This document shows positions 1 through 12,360 of a DNA stretch of 34,716 nucleotides, one piece after another. A program made the translations under genes and the position numbers. Within the stretch, counting starts at the first letter, position 1; every line of letters begins with the position of its first letter. Location: assembly GCA_035571855.1 (NCBI GenBank), contig DATNBT010000447.1, forward strand, positions 1 to 34,716, written 5' to 3'. The notes beneath the pieces were generated by a model. The model ran no database searches. It was given only the letters and a program-made list of their open reading frames with translations, and was not told the DNA's origin. This DNA comes from Vicinamibacterales bacterium. GTDB taxonomy: Bacteria > Acidobacteriota > Vicinamibacteria > Vicinamibacterales > CAVVIG01.

Positions 1-147
1 TCGGCCCTGTTCGTCGTCTGGCAGCAGGCGAGAGCGAATGTCGACGTGCCGGGCGGCTTCGACTTCGGCCGCGACGTCCGCGGCATCTTCGGCGTGCCGC
101 CGCAGAACGTGTTCCTCGTGAAGCTGTCGTACTGGCTCAACTACTAG
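1..147 (+). CDS. 3' end of an upstream CDS (partial); possible outer-membrane beta-barrel protein
   Basis: Frame 1 is open from the window edge to TAG at 145-147, with GC3-rich codons. The translated tail ...GVPPQNVFLVKLSYWLNY ends in an alternating hydrophobic/aromatic strand with a terminal Tyr, as OM barrel C-termini do. The family assignment is inference only. Confidence 0.4.
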   Translation, partial: SALFVVWQQARANVDVPGGFDFGRDVRGIFGVPPQNVFLVKLSYWLNY

Positions 148-207
148 GCACGGCGGCGGCGGCCGGAAGGGCGACCCTGCATCTTATAGAATGTATGGGT
201 TCGTTCC

Positions 208-1935
<1,728 letters not shown>

Positions 1936-1945
1936 GGACCCAGCG

Positions 1946-2542
1946 TTGGAGTACCTGATCACCAACTACGAGCTGGAGCAGGGCGCGCTCGAGATCCAGT
2001 ACATCGAGGAGTTCTTCGGCGAATTTCCGCGCAAGAAGACCGCGTCGGAGATCGTCGACCGGCTGTCGAATCGCCGGCACTCCATTCTCATCGCGAGCGC
2101 GTCACTGCCCGACGATCCGGGCACCGTCGTCCCCGTTTCGTACAAGGTGGGGCACGAGATCCGTCTTCCGGAAGTCGAGCCGAAGCTGATCGATCTGGTG
2201 CACCGGCTTCGCGAGCACGTGAACTTCGACGGCCGCAAGGTCCTCTACACGTGGATCGGCGGCACGCGCCGCGACTGGCGCGGACAGGGCCACTTCCGCG
2301 CGCTGACGGAGCAGCAGGAAGCCTGGGCCATCGAACAGGGATTCGACGAGATCGTCGTCAAGACGAAGAACAAGTTCTACGAGATGCGCGGCACGCTCGA
2401 TCACCTGCGGTTCGAGGTCGTGAAGTACGAGCGCAACGCGAGCGACAACGCGGAATCAAAAGTCTACCTGAGCAAGAAGCTGCATCCGGAAGTGCTCGGC
2501 ACCCACCGCAGCGCCAGAACTGTCGTACAGGCCACGCTGTAG
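1946..2542 (+). CDS. GNAT-family N-acetyltransferase
   Basis: 198 aa. It has an acetyl-CoA binding motif of the R/Q-x-x-G-x-G/A type (RRDWRGQGHFRAL) followed by a helix (TEQQEAWAIEQGFDEIVV). TTG start at 1946 with a GAGGA Shine-Dalgarno at 1934-1938 that overlaps the glnS stop codon. Confidence 0.75.
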   Translation: MEYLITNYELEQGALEIQYIEEFFGEFPRKKTASEIVDRLSNRRHSILIASASLPDDPGTVVPVSYKVGHEIRLPEVEPKLIDLVHRLREHVNFDGRKVLYTWIGGTRRDWRGQGHFRALTEQQEAWAIEQGFDEIVVKTKNKFYEMRGTLDHLRFEVVKYERNASDNAESKVYLSKKLHPEVLGTHRSARTVVQATL

Positions 2543-2583
2543 TTCAGGGTTCAGGGTTCAGCGTTCAGGGTCACCGGTTCAAA
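2542..2583. repeat. Heptanucleotide tandem repeat (GTTCAGG)x4 plus 2 degenerate copies
   Basis: Read directly: GTTCAGG GTTCAGG GTTCAGC GTTCAGG GTCACCG GTTCAAA. It starts right after the GNAT stop (2540-2542) and contains the stop codon (2551-2553) and last codons of the convergent asparaginase-like gene. Confidence 0.85.
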
Positions 2584-3051
2584 GATTCCGCTCTCGCGGT
2601 TCTTGCGCACGTTGTTCCAGTTGAACGCGCGGCCGTTCATCGCGATGTAGACGCCCGCCGGCAGCGTCTGCGCGAACGACAGCGCGCTTCCAAGATTGAA
2701 CAATCCGTCCGAGCTGCCGAAGGCGTAGGGCACCATCGCGCCCGTCAGGACGATCGTCTTGTCGATGGCGCGCGCCGCGAGGGCTCTCGCCGTTTCCACC
2801 ATCGTGTCGGTGCCGTGCGTGACGACGATCGTCGACGCGTCGCAGGTGAGGCACGCGCCGGCGATCGCGTCGCGATCCGCGTCGGTCATGTCGAGGCTGT
2901 CGATCATCATCAGCTGCCGGACCGAGACGTCGACCCTGCTGCGGCCGAGCCGAAGCATCTCCGGCACATGCGTTTCTTTGAACGCCAGCGTGCCGGCGAG
3001 CTCGTTGTACTGCTTGTCGAACGTTCCGCCCGTCACGAGAATCGCAATCAT
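2551..3051 (-). CDS. Asparaginase-family protein, N-terminal catalytic domain only
   Basis: It carries the TGGT threonine motif (ILVTGGTF) and an HGTDTM motif, plus VLTGAM. At about 166 aa it has no asparaginase C-terminal domain. I prefer ATG at 3051, 1 nt after the GGDEF stop. Alternative starts at 3075 (ATG) and 3096 (GTG) would overlap the upstream gene. Confidence 0.8.
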   Translation of the reverse strand: MIAILVTGGTFDKQYNELAGTLAFKETHVPEMLRLGRSRVDVSVRQLMMIDSLDMTDADRDAIAGACLTCDASTIVVTHGTDTMVETARALAARAIDKTIVLTGAMVPYAFGSSDGLFNLGSALSFAQTLPAGVYIAMNGRAFNWNNVRKNRESGIFEPVTLNAEP

Positions 3052-3052
3052 C

Positions 3053-4141
3053 CTATCGCTTGCCTTTGTCTTCATACATGCGCTCGTCCGCCTCACGCAC
3101 GAGCGGCATCAGGTCCGTCGTGCCCTCCGGCACCTCGCTGCAGCCGACGCTCAGTCCGATGCCGGGAGGAAGATCGATCGCTTCGGGTGAGGCGTCGAAG
3201 GCGGCCTTCAGCTGCGCCGCTTTCTTCGCGGCCTCGTCGCCGGCGCAGGTGATGAGCACCAGGAACTCGTCGCCGCCCCAGCGGAACACGTAGTCGGCCT
3301 CGCGAATGTGCCGGCGGAGAAACCGCGCGACGTAGACGAGCACATGGTCGCCGGCCTCGTGTCCGAGCGAGTCGTTGATCGCCTTGAAGCGGTTGATGTC
3401 GATGAACAGCAGCGACAGCGGCAGCTTGAAGCGCTCGTGCCGCTGCAGCTCGCGGTCGGCGACCTGCTCGAGGAATCGCCGGTTGTGGCAGCCGGTCAGC
3501 GGGTCGGTGATCGCCGCCTGCATGAGCTCCTGCTGGGCGGTTTCGAGGCGCCGGTTCGTCACGCGAAGCTCGTACGTCATGTCTTCGAACACGAGCAGAT
3601 GGATGCCGAGCGCGCCGAACACGGACAGCACCGCGTTGAGCACGAAGATCTGGAAGCCGCCGTTGGCGCTCAGCGCCGGGGCGACGCCGGCCGCGAGATT
3701 CGATATCGCGATGCCGTACAGCACGAACGACACGAGGCCCGCGCCGATCAGATGCCGTTCGAGCAGGACGGCGCCGTACATCGTGCCGGCAGCCGCGCCG
3801 AACGCCGACGACAGGAGATACCCCGGCATGTTCACGACCACGGGGCCGAAGAGCATCGGCGCGAGCAGGAACCAGGCGGCGACGCCCGCCGCCCAGCGCC
3901 ACGGAATCATCTTGATGTAGCGCGTCTGCCGGTACAGGTCCGCGCTCCAGAAGAACAGCAGGCCCGTGGCAATGCGGAGCAGCTGCGACGCGCCGATGGC
4001 GAGGTTCTGGACGATGGGCGGCGAGTACGACTGCGCCAGCATGAGGCTCATCGGCACGAGCGTGAGCCAGCCGGCGGACCAGACGAGGATGAAGGGTTTG
4101 CGTCGATGCGCGAACTGCAGGAGGAGCAGCGCGCAGATCAC
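3053..4141 (-). CDS. Membrane-anchored diguanylate cyclase (GGDEF domain, with I-site)
   Basis: 362 aa. The N-terminal ~190 aa is a hydrophobic multi-TM region. The C-terminus carries FRWGGDEFLVL (GGDEF) with an RxxD I-site (READ) 5 residues upstream, and DPLTGCHNRR. The GTG start at 4141 is uncertain: the frame stays open upstream to the topoisomerase B stop and encodes further hydrophobic residues without a canonical start. Confidence 0.9.
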   Translation of the reverse strand: MICALLLLQFAHRRKPFILVWSAGWLTLVPMSLMLAQSYSPPIVQNLAIGASQLLRIATGLLFFWSADLYRQTRYIKMIPWRWAAGVAAWFLLAPMLFGPVVVNMPGYLLSSAFGAAAGTMYGAVLLERHLIGAGLVSFVLYGIAISNLAAGVAPALSANGGFQIFVLNAVLSVFGALGIHLLVFEDMTYELRVTNRRLETAQQELMQAAITDPLTGCHNRRFLEQVADRELQRHERFKLPLSLLFIDINRFKAINDSLGHEAGDHVLVYVARFLRRHIREADYVFRWGGDEFLVLITCAGDEAAKKAAQLKAAFDASPEAIDLPPGIGLSVGCSEVPEGTTDLMPLVREADERMYEDKGKR

Positions 4142-4222
4142 GGCCGCGCCGAATGCGGCCGCCTTGTACGGATTGATGGCGATGGTCAGCGGCAGAGCGC
4201 CCTCAGCCTTCAGCCCTGAGCT

Positions 4223-6133
4223 CTAGACGTCGAGCTCCTCGGCCTGGTCGGCGCGCTCCATGATGAAACGGAACCTCGCCGACGCGTCCTTGCCCATCAG
4301 TTCGTTGATCACGCGGTCGGTGACGATCTGATCGGTCACCTCCACGCGCAGCAGACGCCGGGTCTTCGGATTCAGCGTCGTTTCCCAGAGGACCTTCGGC
4401 ATCATCTCGCCGAGGCCCTTGAAGCGGGTAATCTCCGGGTTTCCGCGGCCGTTCTTCGTGTTCGCCTTGAGGATCGAATCGCGCTGCGCATCGTCGAGCG
4501 CCCAGTGCGTTTCCTTGCCGATGTCGATGCGGTAGAGCGGCGGCTGCGCGAGGTACACCTTGCCGTTCTGAATCAGCTGCGGCAGGTGACGGTAGATGAA
4601 CGTCAGCAGCAGCGTCGCGATGTGGTTGCCGTCGGAATCGGCGTCGGCGAGGATGATGATCTTGCCGTAGCGCAGGCGCGGCAGCTCGAAGTTCTTGCCG
4701 AGGCCGCAGCCGAGCGCCGTCACGAGATCCGCCAGTTCCTTGTTCTCGAGGACCTTTGCGAGCGACGCGCTCTCGGTGTTGAGCACCTTGCCTCGCAGCG
4801 GAAGAATCGCCTGCTTCGTGCGGTCGCGTCCCTGCTTCGCCGAACCGCCGGCCGAGTCGCCCTCGACGATGAAGATCTCGCTGGCGTCCGCGTCGGCATT
4901 CGTGCAGTCGCTGAGCTTGCCGGGAAGGTTCAGGCGGTTCGACGTCGCGCTCTTGCGCGAGACCTCCGCCTGCGCCGCGCGGCTGGCCTCGCGCGCGCGC
5001 GCCGCGAGGATGATGCGCCCGACGATGGCGTTGGCGGTGCTGACGTTGTGATTGAGCCAGTGCTCGAGCGCCGGACGGACGGCGCTGTCGACCTGCGACG
5101 TCAGCTCGGGATTGTTGAGGCGGTCCTTGGTCTGGCCCTGGAACTGCGGCTCCTGGATGAAGACGCTGAGGACGCCGACCATCCCTTCGCGGATGTCTTC
5201 CGCGACGAGCGTCACGCCTTTCGGCGCGAGGTTGTGCGTCTCCATGTAATTGCGGATCGCCTTGCCGATGCCGGCCTTCAAACCGTTTTCGTGCGTGCCG
5301 CCCGATCCCGTAGGGATGCCGTTCACGTACGATCGCAGGTGTTCGTCGGTGGCCTCGGTCCACTGCAGCACCAGATCGAGCCGCGGACTGTCTTCCTTGG
5401 TGAAGGCGAACGCGATCTCGTGGACCGGTTTCGAGTTGCGCTCGGCGACGATCTTCTTCAGATAGTCGATGAGTCCTTCGTCATGCTCGAATGTCGTCCT
5501 GGTCTTGTTCGTTTCGTCCTCGAAGACGACCTTCACGCCCTTGTGCAGGTAGCTCGCGACCTCGAGACGTTCGGCGATGATCGCCGGATCGAACTCGATC
5601 TTCGGGAAGATGGCGGAGTCGGGTTTGAAGTACACCTTCGTGCCCGTGCCGCGCGCCGGCCCGGCCTTCTTGAGGCCCGACACCGGCTTGCCCTGCTTGA
5701 ACCGCATCTCCCAGGTCGAGCCGTCGCGTTTGACCGTCGCGACCAGCTCCTTGCTCAGCGCGTTGACGACGCTGGCGCCGACGCCGTGGAGACCGCCGGC
5801 CGTCTTGTAGTTGCCCTGCTCGAACTTTCCGCCCGCGTGCAGGACGGTGAAGATTGTCTCGAGCGCGCTCTTCTTCGTCGTCGGATGCTTGTCGACCGGC
5901 GCGCCGCGGCCGTCGTCTTCGACGGTGATCGACGAGCCGTCGGCGTGCAGCGTCACCCAGATGTTGTTCGCATAGCCGTTCATCGCCTCGTCGACGGCGT
6001 TGTCGACGATTTCCCAGACGAGGTGATGAAGGCCGGTCGAGCCGACACCGCCGATGTACATGCCCGGCCGCTTGCGGACCGGGTCGAGTCCCTCGAGGAC
6101 CGTGATGTCTTTGGCGGTGTAGTTATTGGCCAT
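4223..6133 (-). CDS. Type IIA topoisomerase subunit B (GyrB/ParE family; ParE-like by context)
   Basis: 636 aa. GHKL ATPase N-terminus (LEGLDPVRKRPGMYIGG, LHHLVWEIVDNAVDEA), Toprim motifs (EIFIVEGDSAGGSAK, ILADADSDGNHI) and PLYR. It lacks the long insertion of the enterobacterial GyrB type. ATG at 6133, 3 nt after the upstream stop. Confidence 0.95.
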   Translation of the reverse strand: MANNYTAKDITVLEGLDPVRKRPGMYIGGVGSTGLHHLVWEIVDNAVDEAMNGYANNIWVTLHADGSSITVEDDGRGAPVDKHPTTKKSALETIFTVLHAGGKFEQGNYKTAGGLHGVGASVVNALSKELVATVKRDGSTWEMRFKQGKPVSGLKKAGPARGTGTKVYFKPDSAIFPKIEFDPAIIAERLEVASYLHKGVKVVFEDETNKTRTTFEHDEGLIDYLKKIVAERNSKPVHEIAFAFTKEDSPRLDLVLQWTEATDEHLRSYVNGIPTGSGGTHENGLKAGIGKAIRNYMETHNLAPKGVTLVAEDIREGMVGVLSVFIQEPQFQGQTKDRLNNPELTSQVDSAVRPALEHWLNHNVSTANAIVGRIILAARAREASRAAQAEVSRKSATSNRLNLPGKLSDCTNADADASEIFIVEGDSAGGSAKQGRDRTKQAILPLRGKVLNTESASLAKVLENKELADLVTALGCGLGKNFELPRLRYGKIIILADADSDGNHIATLLLTFIYRHLPQLIQNGKVYLAQPPLYRIDIGKETHWALDDAQRDSILKANTKNGRGNPEITRFKGLGEMMPKVLWETTLNPKTRRLLRVEVTDQIVTDRVINELMGKDASARFRFIMERADQAEELDV

Positions 6134-6136
6134 CGT

Positions 6137-7564
6137 TTACTGGTTGCCGATGCTGTCGTCGTCGGCCGATGCGGCCTTCCTGGAGCGCGACGGACGTTTC
6201 GCCGATGACGCCCGCTTTTTCTTTCCGCCGCCCTCCGGCGCGGCCTTCGCGCGCGCGCGCTTGGCTTTGCCGCGACCGACGCCGAGAAGCTCCGCCGTCG
6301 GATCCACGGCGGGCTGCGCCTCGGCTTCCATGTCGTGATCCGGTTCGATCGGGATGAGCGGCGCGTTGTCCTGCATGTCGTCCGCGACATCGGGCTGCGG
6401 CAGCGCCTGAGCCGACTGGCGCTGGAGCGCCTGGCCGGGGAACACGCGCAGTCCGCCGCGGCGGTCGCGTTCCATGCGGATGAAGCCGTCTTTCTGGACG
6501 GCGCGCAGCAGATCCATCAGCCCGCCGAATCCGTAGCGGCGCTCGTCGAACTGCTGGTCCGCGGCGCGGATGATCTGCTTCACGTTGCGGATGTACATCG
6601 GCCAGCGCGCGTTCTGCGCGTTGCGCAGGATCTCCCCGACGTGCGAGACGCCTTCCGACTGCGACGCCGTCGCTTCGGCAGGCGGCCTGGTGTCGGCGGG
6701 CCTGGTGTCGGCGGGCCTGAAGGCCTGCGCGACGTCGACATCAGTTGCACCGGCTTTCAGGTCGGTCTCGGCAGGCGGCGTCTCGGGCTCGACGAAACCC
6801 GGATTCAGCTCCACCATCACGCTGCGGCCCGACGTCTTCAGCGTCACGAGGCCCGCCTGCTGCAGCTTCTCGGTGAAGTCGAGGAACGAGGACGATCCGT
6901 AATTGCGTTCGGAGAACGTGGAGTCGAGCTGCAGCAGCGTGCTCTTGAGCAGCCCGGTCTGCGGCGAGACTTCGCGCTCGGCGAGCACCTTGAGCGCGCG
7001 CTTGACGGTGGAGAAGGCCTGCGAGATCGGCTGCGCCTGCAGCGACGCGGGCGGCGGCGCGGAGCTTCGTGAGTCGCGCTGCGCCGCGCGCCGGACGCCG
7101 TGCAGGTTCTCGTACGCGATGAACTCGTGGCAGTTCTTCTGCAGGATGACGCTCGTGAACGCGCGCCCGCCGACGACGAAGACCTTCTTGTCGTACGTCT
7201 TCAGCTTCTCGACGAGCGACAGGAAGTCGCTGTCGCCGCCGACGATGACGAAGGCGTTGATGTGCTCGTGCGTGAACGCCATCTCGAGCGCGTCGAGCGC
7301 CATGTTGATGTCCGCGCCGTTCTTGTCGCCGCCCGGCGTCAGGTTGCGCTGCACGAGGCGCACGGCGTGCTGCGTCAGGTTGCGGCTGTAGTCGCCGGCG
7401 CGCGTCCAGTCGGCGTACGCGATCTTGCTGACGATCTCGCCGCGCTCCTTGATGGCTTCGAGGACGGTGCCCACGTCGAACGACTGACGGAGGGTGTTTT
7501 TGACGCCGATTTCGATGTTGTCGAAGTCGATGAATACTGCGATGTTGAGGCGTTCCTGAGACAA
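6137..7564 (-). CDS. NYN (LabA-like PIN) nuclease domain protein with two OST-HTH/LOTUS domains and a basic C-terminal tail
   Basis: 475 aa. The NYN acidic residues are present (IAVFIDFDN, GADINMALDA, VGGDSDF). There are two OST-HTH-like modules at about aa 180-252 and 305-375 (YGSSSFLDF...GLV; YGFGGLMDLL...GFI). The tail is GRGKAKRARAKAAPEGGGKKKRASSAKRPSRSRK. TTG start at 7564 with an AGGAAG SD that overlaps the upstream stop. Confidence 0.85.
   Translation of the reverse strand: MSQERLNIAVFIDFDNIEIGVKNTLRQSFDVGTVLEAIKERGEIVSKIAYADWTRAGDYSRNLTQHAVRLVQRNLTPGGDKNGADINMALDALEMAFTHEHINAFVIVGGDSDFLSLVEKLKTYDKKVFVVGGRAFTSVILQKNCHEFIAYENLHGVRRAAQRDSRSSAPPPASLQAQPISQAFSTVKRALKVLAEREVSPQTGLLKSTLLQLDSTFSERNYGSSSFLDFTEKLQQAGLVTLKTSGRSVMVELNPGFVEPETPPAETDLKAGATDVDVAQAFRPADTRPADTRPPAEATASQSEGVSHVGEILRNAQNARWPMYIRNVKQIIRAADQQFDERRYGFGGLMDLLRAVQKDGFIRMERDRRGGLRVFPGQALQRQSAQALPQPDVADDMQDNAPLIPIEPDHDMEAEAQPAVDPTAELLGVGRGKAKRARAKAAPEGGGKKKRASSAKRPSRSRKAASADDDSIGNQ
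6684..6720. repeat. Perfect 15-bp tandem duplication (GGCCTGGTGTCGGCG x2 plus a partial third copy)
   Basis: Read directly at 6684-6698 and 6699-6713, with a partial copy at 6714-6720. It encodes the PADTR-PADTR repeat in the linker between the two OST-HTH domains. Confidence 0.9.
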
Positions 7565-7573
7565 CGATGCTTC

Positions 7574-9943
<2,370 letters not shown>

Positions 9944-9952
9944 GGCGGAGGG

Positions 9953-9961
9953 ATTGTACCA
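9953..9961 (-). promoter_or_regulatory. Putative extended -10 promoter element (TGGTACAAT) for the topoisomerase operon
   Basis: The minus strand reads TGGTACAAT, matching the TGnTAnAAT extended -10 consensus. It ends 9 nt upstream of the TTG start. No Shine-Dalgarno lies in between; the sequence there is CCCTCCGCC. Confidence 0.3.
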
Positions 9962-9967
9962 AGCCGG

Positions 9968-10064
9968 AGGGCGGGATGGGCTGGATGGGCGGGACGGCCA
10001 GGACTTTTTCTATCCTGCCTGTCGCGTCCGTCCTGCCCGTCCTGCCTTTCCTGCCCGTCCTGCC
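9968..10064. repeat. Two oppositely oriented blocks of degenerate 9-nt tandem repeats (G-rich block and CGTCCTGCC block), forming an imperfect long inverted repeat
   Basis: The left block is GGGCGGGATGGGCTGGATGGGCGGGACGGCCAGGAC, followed by a T-rich spacer CTTTTTCTA. The right block is TCCTGCC...CGTCCTGCC CGTCCTGCC TTTCCTGCC CGTCCTGCC and ends at the glnN-type stop codon (10065-10067). It probably acts as the GS terminator hairpin and also overlaps the topoisomerase promoter. Confidence 0.7.
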
Positions 10065-12236
10065 TTACTTAATGAACAGCATCTCGCGATAGGTCGCGAG
10101 CGGCCACAGTTCGTGCGGCATGTCCAGCTCCAGCGTGTCGCCGAGCTCCCGCAGTTTGGTCATGTTCGGGATCACGGTGTCCCGGAAATGCTTCGCGTGC
10201 TTGTCGGCCGACGGCGACGAGTGCTCGAGCGAGGTCTCGAGCTTCTTCGTCTGCGTCTGGAACTGATCGATGAGCTTGGTCAGGTGTTTGAGCAGCGTCT
10301 TGCCGGCGTTGGAGGACCCGCCGGCCGACTTGACCGCCGAGACGCTGGCCGCGACCTGCCGCTGATACTCGAGCGCCGCCGGCATGATGTAGCGGTTCGC
10401 CATGAGGACCATCAGCTGGCCTTCGATGTTCACGACCTTGTTGTACTGCTCGAGCATGATCTCGTAGCGCGCGTGCAGCTCGCGCTCGTTGAACACCTTG
10501 TACTTCTCGAACATCGCGACGACGTCCTTCGACACGAGCTGCGGGAGCGCGTCGACCGTGTTCTTGAGGTTGAGGAGCCCGCGCTTGCCGGCTTCCTTTT
10601 CCCACTCGGCGGAGTAGCCGTTGCCGTTGAAGATGATCCGCTTGTTCTCCTTGATCACCTTCGGCAGCAGCTCGCCGACGGCGGCCTCGAGCGGCTTGCC
10701 GCCCCTGGTCGCCTTTTCGAGCTCGGTCGCCATGTAATCGAGCGACTCGGTCATCGCCATGTTCAGCGCGATGTTCGGATAGGCGATGCTCTGGTTCGAC
10801 GACACCGCTCGGAACTCGAACTTGTTGCCGGTGAACGCGAACGGGCTGGTGCGGTTGCGGTCGCCGGCGTCGCGCGGAAGCTTCGGCAGGACGTTGACGC
10901 CCGTGTCGAGGATGCCGCCGTGCTTGGTCGACTTCGCGCCGCCCTTCTCGATCTGCTGGAAGATGTCGGTGAGCATGTCGCCGAGGAAGACCGAGAGAAT
11001 CGCCGGCGGCGCTTCGTTCGCGCCGAGACGGTGGTCGTTGCCCGCGCTCGCGATGCTGGCGCGCAGCAGGCCCTGCCACTTGTTGACCGCGCGCAGCACC
11101 GCCGTGCAGAACACCAGGAACTGCAGGTTCTCGTGCGGATTCGCGCCCGGCGAGAGCAGGTTGTGGCCTTCGTCGTCGCTCAGCGACCAGTTGAGGTGCT
11201 TGCCGGATCCGTTGACGCCCGCGAACGGCTTCTCGTGCAGCAGGCACGCGAGGCCGTACTTCGGCGCGATGCGCCGCATCGTCTCCATGACGATCATCTG
11301 GTGATCGGTGGCGACGTTCGCGTTCTCGAACACCGGCGCGATCTCGTACTGGCTCGGCGCGACTTCGTTGTGCCGCGTCTTCACCGGCACGCCGACTTTG
11401 TAGAGCTCGGCTTCGGACTCGTTCATGAACGCCATCACGCGATCCGGGATGGAGCCGAAGTACTGATCTTCGAGCTCCTGGCCCTTCGGCGGCGTCGCGC
11501 CGAAGAGGGTCCGGCCCGCGTTAATGAGGTCGGGGCGCGAGAGGTAGAAGTAGCGATCGATCAGGAAGTATTCCTGCTCGGGACCGCACGTCGCGACGAC
11601 GCGCTCGGCGGTCGAGCCGAACAGCTTCAGCACGCGCACCGCCTGCTTCGACACGGCTTCCATCGAGCGGAGCAGCGGCGTTTTCTTGTCGAGCGTCTCG
11701 CCGGTCCAGCTCACGAACGCGGTCGGGATGACGAGCGTCACCGCGCCGCCGCTGTAGAGCAGCCACGGCGAGCTGGTGGGGTCCCACGCCGTGTAGCCGC
11801 GCGCTTCGAACGTCGATCGCATGCCGCCCGACGGGAACGACGACGCATCGGGTTCGCCCTTGATCAGTTCCTTGCCCGAAAACTCCGCGACGGCCTTGCC
11901 GTCGGCCGAGGGGTTGAGGAACGAGTCGTGCTTCTCCGCGGTGATGCCGGTGAGCGGCTGGAACCAGTGCGTGTAGTGCGTCGCGCCGTGTTCGATCGCC
12001 CACTCCTTCATCGCCTTCGCGACGGCGTCGGCCGCCGACGCATCGAGCGGATCGCCGTGCGTGATCGTGCGGCGCAGGGCCTGATACACGGGCTTGGGCA
12101 GACGGGCCTGCTGCACCGTGTCGTTGAACACCAGGCTGCCGAAGCTTTCGGCCGATCCCGGCGCGGCACCTCTGACTTCCGTCGTCGACCACGCGCGAAT
12201 CGCGGTGATCGCTTCACCAAGGACAGCAGAACCCAT
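10065..12236 (-). CDS. glnN: Glutamine synthetase type III
   Basis: 723 aa, the length typical of GSIII. The N-terminal block [21 protein letters not shown] matches Bacteroides-type GlnN. Further motifs: [31 protein letters not shown] and [17 protein letters not shown]. Confidence 0.95.
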   Translation of the reverse strand: MGSAVLGEAITAIRAWSTTEVRGAAPGSAESFGSLVFNDTVQQARLPKPVYQALRRTITHGDPLDASAADAVAKAMKEWAIEHGATHYTHWFQPLTGITAEKHDSFLNPSADGKAVAEFSGKELIKGEPDASSFPSGGMRSTFEARGYTAWDPTSSPWLLYSGGAVTLVIPTAFVSWTGETLDKKTPLLRSMEAVSKQAVRVLKLFGSTAERVVATCGPEQEYFLIDRYFYLSRPDLINAGRTLFGATPPKGQELEDQYFGSIPDRVMAFMNESEAELYKVGVPVKTRHNEVAPSQYEIAPVFENANVATDHQMIVMETMRRIAPKYGLACLLHEKPFAGVNGSGKHLNWSLSDDEGHNLLSPGANPHENLQFLVFCTAVLRAVNKWQGLLRASIASAGNDHRLGANEAPPAILSVFLGDMLTDIFQQIEKGGAKSTKHGGILDTGVNVLPKLPRDAGDRNRTSPFAFTGNKFEFRAVSSNQSIAYPNIALNMAMTESLDYMATELEKATRGGKPLEAAVGELLPKVIKENKRIIFNGNGYSAEWEKEAGKRGLLNLKNTVDALPQLVSKDVVAMFEKYKVFNERELHARYEIMLEQYNKVVNIEGQLMVLMANRYIMPAALEYQRQVAASVSAVKSAGGSSNAGKTLLKHLTKLIDQFQTQTKKLETSLEHSSPSADKHAKHFRDTVIPNMTKLRELGDTLELDMPHELWPLATYREMLFIK

Positions 12237-12348
12237 GACTATCGCCCCCTTTGACCGTCGTGAATGTGTCTATGTAATCGCTGGATTTGTAAGAACAGCC
12301 CGCGAAACCCGCATTATTGGCTGATCCTTCACCCTTTTGCAACGAAGC

Positions 12349-12360
12349 TTTTGATCAAAA
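12349..12360. promoter_or_regulatory. Perfect 12-bp palindrome TTTTGATCAAAA in the GS type III upstream region (candidate operator)
   Basis: Read directly. It lies about 113-124 nt upstream of the glnN-type ATG in the most AT-rich stretch of the window. A candidate sigma70-like pair, TTGCAA-N18-AATAAT on the minus strand, lies just downstream of it. Confidence 0.3.

Noticed and set aside
4142-4225. Possible stop-codon read-through fusing the topoisomerase B subunit to the GGDEF protein (the TAG at 4223-4225 is in frame with the GGDEF ORF)
   Set aside because: The in-frame arrangement has a one-in-three chance expectation. I see no read-through context or recoding signal, and a GyrB/ParE-TM-GGDEF fusion is topologically implausible. 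It is kept only as a note on the uncertain GGDEF start.
9968-10064. The short 9-nt repeats as a possible CRISPR array or minisatellite-encoded peptide
   Set aside because: The units are only 9 nt and directly abutting with no spacers, and no cas genes are present. The plus-strand ORF covering them is an antisense artefact. I interpret the region as a structured intergenic element instead.
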